Source: a bacterium (lineage in GTDB: Bacteria; Margulisbacteria; Marinamargulisbacteria; GCA-2716485; JAYNIM01). Taken from it: a stretch of DNA of 38,503 nt. Both the position numbers and the translations under genes were made by a program. The stretch is taken from contig JAYNIM010000005.1 in assembly GCA_038109055.1 (NCBI GenBank), forward strand, positions 68,353-106,855, given 5' to 3'. Shown piece by piece: positions 9,871 to 18,014 of this stretch. The notes under the pieces were generated by a model. It saw only the letters and a list, made by a program, of their open reading frames with translations, searched no databases and was not told where the DNA came from. Position 1 is the stretch's first letter; every line of letters begins with the position of its first letter.

Positions 9871-10623
9871 TTATAAGCCCTCGTCCATATGACCATTCGA
9901 GGCCAATTGCGTATAAATTCCAAATAAGATACTCATAACTGTTAATGTAACCCCTATTTCGACGCCTAACATCCCATGTGATCGAGCCATCACTTTATCT
10001 GTACTAGGCAGCACATAAGCAAGTGCAGAATAATCTAAAAAGTCAGCCTTATACAGCATACAAACTACGCCTATTCCTGCGTATAGAAGAACACCGGCTG
10101 TTGCATAGCCAATCATTGCTTTTTTAGACATAAAGGCTAGGCCTCCCTTTAACTGAAAGGCAAGTGCAAGCAAGATCAGACTTGCTGCTAAAACGACGCC
10201 CCCCTGAAAACCGCCCCCTGGACTGTAATGTCCGTGTGCAACGACATAAAATGCAAATAGCTGCATCATAGGGACAATAAATCGAGTTGCTGTTTGAATA
10301 ATCACGCTATTATTGGAGGGGAGTGACTTTATTTGAACGGCATGTTTGCTTTTTTTAGAGGTTCCAAACAAAATGGCCATAATCCCCACGCCTGCAATAA
10401 ACACGACACATGTTTCAAACATAGTATCAAAGCTTCTGTAATCGGCTAGTACTGACGTGATGACATTTGGGACATGACCGTCTTTGTAGGCATTTTCTAG
10501 GTAATAACTTGCCACATATTCATTTGCTGGAGAGTGAGGATCTCCAAATCTGGGGAGTTCGATGGCCACGGATATTAATAAACATGCCAAGATACTTGCG
10601 ATAATTCCTGCTATCAGTTTCAA
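9871..10623 (-). CDS. mrpB: Mrp antiporter subunit B
   Basis: PNVITSVLADYRSFDTMFE and HGHYSPGGGFQGG motifs. Confidence 0.9.
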   Translation of the reverse strand: MKLIAGIIASILACLLISVAIELPRFGDPHSPANEYVASYYLENAYKDGHVPNVITSVLADYRSFDTMFETCVVFIAGVGIMAILFGTSKKSKHAVQIKSLPSNNSVIIQTATRFIVPMMQLFAFYVVAHGHYSPGGGFQGGVVLAASLILLALAFQLKGGLAFMSKKAMIGYATAGVLLYAGIGVVCMLYKADFLDYSALAYVLPSTDKVMARSHGMLGVEIGVTLTVMSILFGIYTQLASNGHMDEGL

Positions 10624-10865
10624 TCGCTTGTCCTCCGTAAGGTCCTAAATATGGTCGTGACTAGAAATATTGTACTCACGCCTGCCCCAACAGTAGCTTC
10701 GGTGAATGCAACATCTACGGCCCCCATGACTGTCCAAGCTAAACAAAGTAAAAAACTATAGGTTCCAAAAATAATTGCAGCAGATAAATTATCCTTAATC
10801 TGTAAGGCGGTGATAGCGGACACCAAGGCTAATAACAAAATGACTGAATTAAAGGCTAGGATCAT
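10620..10865 (-). CDS. Mrp subunit B-like small protein (DUF4040 type)
   Basis: MGAVDVAFTEATVGAG motif; ATG 10865 more plausible than ORF track start 10907. Confidence 0.85.
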   Translation of the reverse strand: MILAFNSVILLLALVSAITALQIKDNLSAAIIFGTYSFLLCLAWTVMGAVDVAFTEATVGAGVSTIFLVTTIFRTLRRTSD

Positions 10866-11190
10866 TTTTTTTATCCTTTTTAGGCACATGCAACTCGTAA
10901 CCTGCATCGATCAAGGCATGGGTTGCTGTGGGACTTCCAATAAAAATAAACAATATGATCAAAAATAATTTTATTGCGAGTAATATGGGTAGCGCTTGGT
11001 CTGCTTTTATTGTCCAAAATAATACTGATAAAAGAAGTAACGCAGTTGATAAGGTATCGCCTTTACCTGCTGCGTGCATACGTGTATAAAAATCCGGAAA
11101 ACGTAGCAAACCAACGCTTGTTCCCAGGAAGAAAAACAACCCTAACACCATGCTCAGAACGCAACAAATTGTCATTATTGTACTTATCAT
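10849..11190 (-). CDS. mrpG: Mrp antiporter subunit G
   Basis: GLLRFPDFYTRMHAAGK, SPTATHAL. Confidence 0.92.
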   Translation of the reverse strand: MISTIMTICCVLSMVLGLFFFLGTSVGLLRFPDFYTRMHAAGKGDTLSTALLLLSVLFWTIKADQALPILLAIKLFLIILFIFIGSPTATHALIDAGYELHVPKKDKKNDPSL

Positions 11191-11203
11191 AGGTTATTTT
11201 CCG

Positions 11204-11488
11204 TTATTGTCTTTTTTTAACAGGTAGTGATTGATAATGCTGAAAAAATTTAGAAGTCGCAATTGAAGCAATAAAATTTAAGCAGGCATATGCAATGGCA
11301 ATATCGACAAACATATCCAAGCGATTAAAAATCACACCAGAGATGACAATCAATACGGTCGCTTTTGTTCCAATGATATTGACCCCCACAATACGATCCA
11401 TTACGGATGGGCCTTTGATAATGCGTATGAAGACCATAAATACTAGTCCCAATAAGACTAGTCCTGACACTGTAAAAAAGTTAATCAA
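11204..11488 (-). CDS. mrpF: Mrp antiporter subunit F
   Basis: RIIKGPSVMDRIV, DIAIAYACLNFI. Confidence 0.92.
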   Translation of the reverse strand: MINFFTVSGLVLLGLVFMVFIRIIKGPSVMDRIVGVNIIGTKATVLIVISGVIFNRLDMFVDIAIAYACLNFIASIATSKFFQHYQSLPVKKRQ

Positions 11489-11976
11489 TGCCTTGTTTCT
11501 CCAAATAAGGCCCCTACCTTTTTAATCATTGTAGGAATCCCTTCTGCTGCTTGGGCATTCAGAGCATGTATTTTAAACGTACCCGTTTCTTCTCGGATTG
11601 TGATCGTTCCTGGTGTTAACGTAATAGAATTAGCTAATACAAATTTTGAAATATCACGGGTAAGGTGGGTTTTAAAGGTGATAATTTTCGGATGAATCAC
11701 GCTATCTACATTAGGTAAAAAGGCGATTTTTATCACTTGAATGTTTGCGAGTACAATTTGATAAAATAGCCAACACGCATAGGGATAAAATGAGAAATGT
11801 TCTATGAGACGTTGCGCTAACGTGATATTTTTGTCTTGAAAAACCAAGGACCCTGTCCAATTGGCAATTAATGCACAGGAAATACCCCCTAAACTTAGAT
11901 GAAAGACGTCAAACTTTCCAGATAATATTAGCCAAAACCCAAATAGAAATACAAAAGATGCCAGAAAGTTTCTCAT
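11485..11976 (-). CDS. mrpE: Mrp antiporter subunit E
   Basis: FWLILSG, LANSITLTPGTIT, IHAL. Confidence 0.92.
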   Translation of the reverse strand: MRNFLASFVFLFGFWLILSGKFDVFHLSLGGISCALIANWTGSLVFQDKNITLAQRLIEHFSFYPYACWLFYQIVLANIQVIKIAFLPNVDSVIHPKIITFKTHLTRDISKFVLANSITLTPGTITIREETGTFKIHALNAQAAEGIPTMIKKVGALFGETRH

Positions 11977-11984
11977 TTCATAAA

Positions 11985-12013
11985 ATCTTAGAATCCTCTT
12001 CTTTAAACGTCAA
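11985..12013 (-). promoter_or_regulatory. sigma70-like promoter for the mrp operon (probably leaderless)
   Basis: TTGACG-17 bp-TAAGAT; -10 ends 8 nt before ATG 11976. Confidence 0.6.
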
Positions 12014-12072
12014 GTTCAAATTATTATTTTTTTATGGTGTTTATTTCATATTCGTTTTAAAATGTTAGCTCT

Positions 12073-13308
12073 ATGGTAGCGTCTCATGTTTCTCTAGATC
12101 TCAATATGAATTCTCCAGGATTACAGCGTTTAAAACAACGTTTCCCTTATTTATTGGTTGATAAGGTTGTTGACTATCAAGAGCGCCAGCGTCTTGTTGC
12201 CATCAAAAATATCACTATTAATGAACCGTTTTTTTCTCCTGAACTTATTGAAAAAAAATTATCAGAATCGGTATTACTCGAAATCATGACTCAAGCTGCG
12301 ACCTTATTAATTTTAGAAGATTCAGAATTTTCTAGCCGCTCAATTCGCTGCGATACCTTTAATTCGGTCACATTTTACCGAGACGCGTTTCCTGGAGATC
12401 AATTACGTATTGAAGTAGATCTCCTTCGTCATAAAGACCCCAAACTCGAGCTTCAAGCCTCTCTGTTTTTAGAAGGAAAACTGCTATCTGAAGCAACGAT
12501 TGGTTTAAAGCTTGGTTTATTACCCTCTCGTCCACAGATTCATCCTAGCGCAGTGGTACATCCTTCTGCAATCTTAGGAAAAGATGTGGTTATTGGCCCT
12601 AATACCTATGTTGGCCAGCATGTCATTATTGGTGATAGAAGTGTTCTAGAATCCCACATTCTTGTTGAAAAATGGACAAAGATAGGTGCTGACTGTCATA
12701 TCCATTTTGGCTCTGTTATCGGCGGAACTCCGCAAGATAAAAAGTATGACGGTGAAAAAAGTTGGGTCTATATTGGTGATAGAAACCAAATTAGAGAATA
12801 TGTCACAATTAATCGTGGGACTACGCTTGGTGGAGGCGTGACAAAAATGGGGGATGACAATCTTATTTTAGCCTATGTGCACATTGGTCATGACTGTATT
12901 TTACATAACAATATTGTTATTTCTAATAGTACAAATATGGGAGGGCATGTTGAAATTAATAACGATGTCGTTATTGGTGGGATGACCGGCATCCATCAAT
13001 TTTTACGGGTGGGGCAAGGAGCCATGATTGGCGGATATAGTAAGTTGGTCAAAGATATTCCCCCTTATGTTCTATGTGATGGGAATCCTGCTCAGATTCA
13101 TGGCCTTAACGTGGTCGGATTACGTCGCAAAAAACTTGCTTCTGAGGCGATCTCGGAACTAAAAGAGGCCTATAAAACCTTATATCGAAGTGACCTTACC
13201 TTACGTCTAGCACTTGAAAAACTGAACTCACAGTCTTTCACTCATGCAGAAGTGCAACGCTTTGTAGATTTTTGCTCAGCGCCTTCTAAACGTGGTTTAA
13301 ATCGCTGA
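12073..13308 (+). CDS. lpxA: Fusion: degenerate FabZ-like hot-dog domain (aa ~17-150) + UDP-GlcNAc O-acyltransferase LpxA (aa ~155-411)
   Basis: N-term RFPYLLVDKV, KNITINEPFF, LLEIMTQAA, PGDQL; C-term hexapeptide repeats IHPSAVVHP, PQDKKY, IREYVTINRGT, HIGHDC, GHV, IHQF, KDIPPY. Confidence 0.92.
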   Translation: MVASHVSLDLNMNSPGLQRLKQRFPYLLVDKVVDYQERQRLVAIKNITINEPFFSPELIEKKLSESVLLEIMTQAATLLILEDSEFSSRSIRCDTFNSVTFYRDAFPGDQLRIEVDLLRHKDPKLELQASLFLEGKLLSEATIGLKLGLLPSRPQIHPSAVVHPSAILGKDVVIGPNTYVGQHVIIGDRSVLESHILVEKWTKIGADCHIHFGSVIGGTPQDKKYDGEKSWVYIGDRNQIREYVTINRGTTLGGGVTKMGDDNLILAYVHIGHDCILHNNIVISNSTNMGGHVEINNDVVIGGMTGIHQFLRVGQGAMIGGYSKLVKDIPPYVLCDGNPAQIHGLNVVGLRRKKLASEAISELKEAYKTLYRSDLTLRLALEKLNSQSFTHAEVQRFVDFCSAPSKRGLNR

Positions 13309-13374
13309 CCTTTTCACTCTGACTCTTTCTTGATGTTTATATCTATGTCTATGTGGGCATTTTAGATATGTATC

Positions 13375-13740
13375 ATGATTACGTTATCTCGCCATAATCA
13401 AAGTGGATTTTCCTTACTAGAAATCATTGTTGTTCTGGGAGTTATTTCTCTGCTCTTGTCCCTTATTATTCCACGTTATAGCACTCATGTTGATCATGGT
13501 AAAAAGCAAGTTCATACGTGCATGCGTGAGGTTATTAATGCACAACTTTCTCTCTATTACCTCAATAATGGCTCTTATCCTGCATATATGAGCAACATGT
13601 ACTGGGATGATCCAGGTGATAGTGGTTCTTATGTCCGTTACTTTCCTGAAGGGGTTGAATCTACCTGCAACCAATCTGTTAGTTGGGTGATCCATAGCGA
13701 TGGCTATATCGATATGAGTGGGCATAGTGGTCACGAATGA
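13375..13740 (+). CDS. Type IV pilin / pseudopilin (ComGC/GspG-like)
   Basis: Prepilin motif SG|FSLLE, hydrophobic helix, Pro22-like IIPR, C..INAQLSLYY, second Cys near the C-terminus. Confidence 0.85.
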   Translation: MITLSRHNQSGFSLLEIIVVLGVISLLLSLIIPRYSTHVDHGKKQVHTCMREVINAQLSLYYLNNGSYPAYMSNMYWDDPGDSGSYVRYFPEGVESTCNQSVSWVIHSDGYIDMSGHSGHE

Positions 13741-14204
13741 GCAACAAAGCTGGGTTTACTTTGATAGAAATGATTCTTGTATTAACGCTGTTATCTATCG
13801 TTTCTTTTGTTTCGTTTAAAGCGGTTTTAGCTCGTCCTACCTTAAAAACCAGTGTTGCTGAAATGTTACAAGCATTGCGTTATGCAAATTCCCAATCAAA
13901 AGCCTTAAATACGGCTGTTGAAGTTCAATTATCTCAACTCTCTTCAACCCCAGTTTTAAATATTGTTAAACAAAGTGATAATCAGGTTTTATACAGTGAA
14001 ACGTTGTCTGATACCGTTACACTTTCCCTTAGCCCTACCTTTGATACCATTGTTTTTCACCCTACAAGCTCTATTCAATTACAGTATTTGAGTAACCCTG
14101 TCTCTCATAGTAGCGATTCAACATTAACATTTACAGACTCCAACTCTTATAGTTCATCTATTACGCTTTATTATTATTCTGGAGTTGCGATTGCTAATGA
14201 CTAA
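13737..14204 (+). CDS. Minor pilin (GspH/FimT/ComGD-like)
   Basis: AG|FTLIE; LRYANSQS helix; IVFHP..S; overlaps the upstream stop (ATGA). Confidence 0.82.
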   Translation: MSNKAGFTLIEMILVLTLLSIVSFVSFKAVLARPTLKTSVAEMLQALRYANSQSKALNTAVEVQLSQLSSTPVLNIVKQSDNQVLYSETLSDTVTLSLSPTFDTIVFHPTSSIQLQYLSNPVSHSSDSTLTFTDSNSYSSSITLYYYSGVAIAND

Positions 14205-14655
14205 AAACCACGGTGGCTTCTTGTATGCTGAATCGATAATTCTGTTGTTACTTTTGGCTATTATTGCTATTCCTACGCTTAAGTCTATGCGACAACTTAT
14301 CAATACTAGCAGAGAACTGATTGTATATGATGATTTATTAGCAGCCTCGCATTATGTGGCAGATTATGTATCCCGTTGGGCTGAAAGTCCCCATAAAAGT
14401 AGCTCTATCGATAGCTATAGTGATGGGGATGAGCTTGAACAGGTTGGAGATGCCAGAATTAACCAACTTAGTTTTGCTGAAACGCCCAATCACTTTTCTG
14501 ATCGTTTTTGTACGTCTATTACAACGTGGGAACGGAGCACACGCAGTGATTCAGCCGTCATATTGGTAAAGGTATGGTCTGATAGTAATGGCGATAGACT
14601 TTTAGATAATAATGAACTTTTTCTTAGCTTTTCCAGCATTGTTACAGAAAAATGA
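14197..14655 (+). CDS. Minor pilin (GspI/PilV/ComGE-like)
   Basis: GG|FLYAE followed by a hydrophobic helix; C-terminal ILVKVW strand; ATG 14197 preferred over 14185. Confidence 0.75.
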   Translation: MTKNHGGFLYAESIILLLLLAIIAIPTLKSMRQLINTSRELIVYDDLLAASHYVADYVSRWAESPHKSSSIDSYSDGDELEQVGDARINQLSFAETPNHFSDRFCTSITTWERSTRSDSAVILVKVWSDSNGDRLLDNNELFLSFSSIVTEK

Positions 14656-17393
14656 CAGGTAATCGATCTCATTATCTCTTGGGCCATAGTTTATTAGAAT
14701 TGATTATTGCTGTCTGTTTGATGAGTTCAATCATGATTGGGGTACTAGGAACCTTAGGTGTCCTTAAAGGTAGCTGGATTGAGAATTATGACCAAACACG
14801 CTTATCTTCTGAACTCAAAAAAGATATCCGCGAACTTCAGACTCGACTTAAGCACGCAAAATCGATCGATTTGATTAGTTTATCAAGCAATACGACAGGC
14901 TATTTGACCTATACCGATGCGAATGATATTTCGGTGAGTGTTTTTTATAATAGCTCTAGTAATCAAAGCACCTTATCACTGAGTAATAGCCTTCCTACGG
15001 ATGCCTTGGTGGCGGCCTATCATGACAATAGCGTTCTTCTAGGCATTGATGTGTTGATTGATACCATTTCCTCATTCACCTTAAACAGCTATAAAGATGA
15101 TTCTGGCTCTGATCTTTTTGTGCTGAATAATACGAGCAGTCCTAGCTATGAATTAATTAACTCCATTAAATGGATATTGTCCAAAACGATTGATAATAAA
15201 TCTAAAAGTCAGGAGCAATTGATCACGCTGGTGCAGCATGAACTATCCAATGATAGTTCTGTGCGTCATGGGGATAGCAGTACCACGTTTTATGGCAATA
15301 CAACCCTGACTAATCTATCGGTTCAATCTGACACTACTGGAGGGGGTGATCAGGTCTACGTAACCCCTGATACAGGTGTTGTTACGATCCAAAATACAGG
15401 CCAGTATTATAGCACTATAAATGATGCGATTAATGCTGCAAGTGCTGGAGATGTAATCTTGGTCTCCGCAGGAACATATTACGAAAATGTCTTATTAAAA
15501 TCCGACATCACACTATTAGGCGGCTATGAATCAACAAATTGGACTCGGAATATTCATGAAAATCTTACTACGGTGGTTAATCCAGGAACGGGAAACGCTG
15601 GAACCTTTTACGGATATTATGATAATAATGTCGTGATTGACGGCTTTTTTATTGATAGTGGCGACCAGTCAAATGGTATTGGGGTCTATTCATATGTCTG
15701 TAGCAATATAACAGTGCGTAATTGTTGGGTGGACGATAACCCGAATGTTGGCGTCTATATATACAAAGGTTCTGCAACACTCCAAAATTTAACCGTCACT
15801 GCAAACACCAATACATTTCAGGTGTATCAAGTGACCTCTACAACAACTGTTGAGCGTTGTCGATTTTATAGTTTAGAAACTAGTTGGTGCCAAAATGTCT
15901 ATCTTAGAAATTCTCAAAACATTACTTTTCGCAATAATATTGTCTTGAATGGTGATTATGGTATCAAAATTGAATCCTGTACTTCTGGTATTAATATTAA
16001 CAATAATTTATTTCAAGAATTTGATAGTTATGCAATCTACATGTACTATTCGAATTACGTCTACTTTCGAAATAACATTTTTGATAACTACTATCAGTTA
16101 ATGTATTCTTATTACAGTTTATACAATTACTTCTACAATACTGGGTTAAGTAATTATCTATATTCTGGCAATTATTTTTACCCATCCTCCTACAGCTCTT
16201 ACCATACTTTCTATAACACATTTTATCCATATGGAAGCGGCTATTTTGAAAGTGATTATCAGCTAACAGGAAGTACTAATTACGATAATCCTTACATTGA
16301 TGGAGGATATCTTTATTCAAACAATGATGAAGATAATACTCAAAAAGGAACTTCTACTAATGATTGTGGTGCTTATGGAGGCCCTTATGCGGGTCGTGTT
16401 GGCGTAGGAAAAAAGCATCTTTTTACCACTAGTAGCAGTGATATCGCTAGTGATATTGCTAATAATACCTATGCAGGTGATCACATTTTACTTGCAAAAG
16501 GTAGCTATAGCCCAAGTCAAATTCAACTCAAAAAATACCGATTTTTATATGGAGCTGGTGCCCAGCAAAGCATTCTTACAAATTCCTTATCTACGCCCTT
16601 AATTACCATGAATAAGCATAGTCATTTAGAAGGTGTTACTATCACAGGAAGTGGAAAAGATGGTGTTCAATCTGTCAGTTATGAAAGTGGCATGTTGATT
16701 ACTAAGACCTTATTTAGAGACTTAAGCACCGCTGTTTCTGTTGCTGATTACTCATCTCCTACCCTACGCTATTGTAGTTGGGATAATGTTACTACAGGTA
16801 TTAGTGCTAGTTATGGAACAACCATGATTAGTGAATACAATATCTTTCATGGTGGCACGACAGGGATTAGTGTCTATGATTATTACGACATCAGTCGATA
16901 TTCTGTCTTTTATAACCTCTCTACCGATACCAGTGGATATATTTCATCAAGTAATGATACCTCTGTCACGAGTAGTGATAACTTGTTTTGGAGTACTGCA
17001 GATAATCAGCATCAATTATATGACAGAGCAGGAAATCCAGCGGTGGATATCTATTTAAACCGTGAAGCTGGTTGTTTTCCGTATTATGAAAAAACGGCTA
17101 CCATAGCTAGCTCTGTCTTAACTTCGGCTATTGCTCGTGATTACGATACTCTTACGATGACCCTGATTCCTGACTCTGATTTCCCTGTGTCTAAATTTTC
17201 GTTAAGCGTGAAAAGTGGCGCCTCCACTTTGTCTATTAGCCCAGACGTAGAGTTGACATCGGCGAGTACGACTTCTTACGTTTGGACCTTGCCTGAATCT
17301 GTCATTACAGCTGCGTTGGAATTTAGTATTGATGTGACGACCTATACTTTTGGTCACTCACCTATTATTGATCAGATTGATACTAATTATTGA
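14652..17393 (+). CDS. Giant modular minor pilin: prepilin N-terminus plus two right-handed beta-helix (pectin-lyase-like) domains
   Basis: LG|HSLLE then hydrophobic helix; TINDAINAASAGDVILVSAGTYYENV and AGDHILLAKGSY helix starts; ITVRNC/ITFRNN repeats; PYIDGG..DCGAYGGP cap. Confidence 0.75.
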   Translation: MTGNRSHYLLGHSLLELIIAVCLMSSIMIGVLGTLGVLKGSWIENYDQTRLSSELKKDIRELQTRLKHAKSIDLISLSSNTTGYLTYTDANDISVSVFYNSSSNQSTLSLSNSLPTDALVAAYHDNSVLLGIDVLIDTISSFTLNSYKDDSGSDLFVLNNTSSPSYELINSIKWILSKTIDNKSKSQEQLITLVQHELSNDSSVRHGDSSTTFYGNTTLTNLSVQSDTTGGGDQVYVTPDTGVVTIQNTGQYYSTINDAINAASAGDVILVSAGTYYENVLLKSDITLLGGYESTNWTRNIHENLTTVVNPGTGNAGTFYGYYDNNVVIDGFFIDSGDQSNGIGVYSYVCSNITVRNCWVDDNPNVGVYIYKGSATLQNLTVTANTNTFQVYQVTSTTTVERCRFYSLETSWCQNVYLRNSQNITFRNNIVLNGDYGIKIESCTSGININNNLFQEFDSYAIYMYYSNYVYFRNNIFDNYYQLMYSYYSLYNYFYNTGLSNYLYSGNYFYPSSYSSYHTFYNTFYPYGSGYFESDYQLTGSTNYDNPYIDGGYLYSNNDEDNTQKGTSTNDCGAYGGPYAGRVGVGKKHLFTTSSSDIASDIANNTYAGDHILLAKGSYSPSQIQLKKYRFLYGAGAQQSILTNSLSTPLITMNKHSHLEGVTITGSGKDGVQSVSYESGMLITKTLFRDLSTAVSVADYSSPTLRYCSWDNVTTGISASYGTTMISEYNIFHGGTTGISVYDYYDISRYSVFYNLSTDTSGYISSSNDTSVTSSDNLFWSTADNQHQLYDRAGNPAVDIYLNREAGCFPYYEKTATIASSVLTSAIARDYDTLTMTLIPDSDFPVSKFSLSVKSGASTLSISPDVELTSASTTSYVWTLPESVITAALEFSIDVTTYTFGHSPIIDQIDTNY

Positions 17394-17486
17394 TGTATGC
17401 AAAAAAATCGATGTTTAATATTTTCTCCTGTGGGTACATCTTAATTAAGAAAGTGGTTTTTAATACTTAGGGAGTTTTTACATACT

Positions 17487-18002
17487 ATGAAACAATTAAT
17501 TCGTCATTTATGGTCTAAAATTAAAGGTATATTTATTGATAAGAAGGGAGCTGTTAATATGCTTGAGCTCTTGATTGTCATGGGCATTATAGGTATTTTG
17601 TCTAGTATTGTTCTGTTAAGGGGTACGGACTTCCGTAATACCGCTAAAGATATGGCAAATGACGCTAATGTTAAAAATCTTAAACGCTTACTCGAGCAGT
17701 ATAATGGAAAACATCTTACCTATCCCATTCATACGTCAGATATCCCCATTATTACGCTTGTTACGTCAAATGGTGACCTAAGTGAAATTGTTATGTATCA
17801 TGAAGTTAGACTTTATGGAGGAAATGAAGGGACTCATCTCTTTGTAAATCCTTGGACAGGTGCTCAATTTACGACGAACCTTCTGGATCAAGGCCAAATA
17901 CTCTATAAATCTACTACTAACGGACATGGTTATACTATCACTCAAAATTCACGTATAGTAGATGGTACAGCTCGCATACGCCGTGTCTATCCCAATCAGT
18001 AG
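17487..18002 (+). CDS. Type IV pilin with atypical long leader (GspG-like)
   Basis: KKGAVNMLELLIVMGIIGILSSIV; LKRLLEQY....YP; NPWTG; AGGGAG upstream. Confidence 0.8.
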   Translation: MKQLIRHLWSKIKGIFIDKKGAVNMLELLIVMGIIGILSSIVLLRGTDFRNTAKDMANDANVKNLKRLLEQYNGKHLTYPIHTSDIPIITLVTSNGDLSEIVMYHEVRLYGGNEGTHLFVNPWTGAQFTTNLLDQGQILYKSTTNGHGYTITQNSRIVDGTARIRRVYPNQ

Positions 18003-18014
18003 TTTTCTTTCTTA

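Noticed and set aside
10865..10872. Homopolymer T tracts as phase-variation sites (also near 6456)
   Set aside because: Reading frames are intact and such tracts are expected in AT-rich DNA.
4479..11976. Membrane-bound hydrogenase (Mbh/Mbx) or complex I
   Set aside because: No NiFe, NuoB/C/D/H/I or Fe-S subunit genes in or beside the cluster.
15900..16330. Diversity-generating retroelement target in the Tyr/Asn-rich pilin segment
   Set aside because: No reverse transcriptase and no template/variable repeat pair seen in the window; a remote element cannot be excluded.
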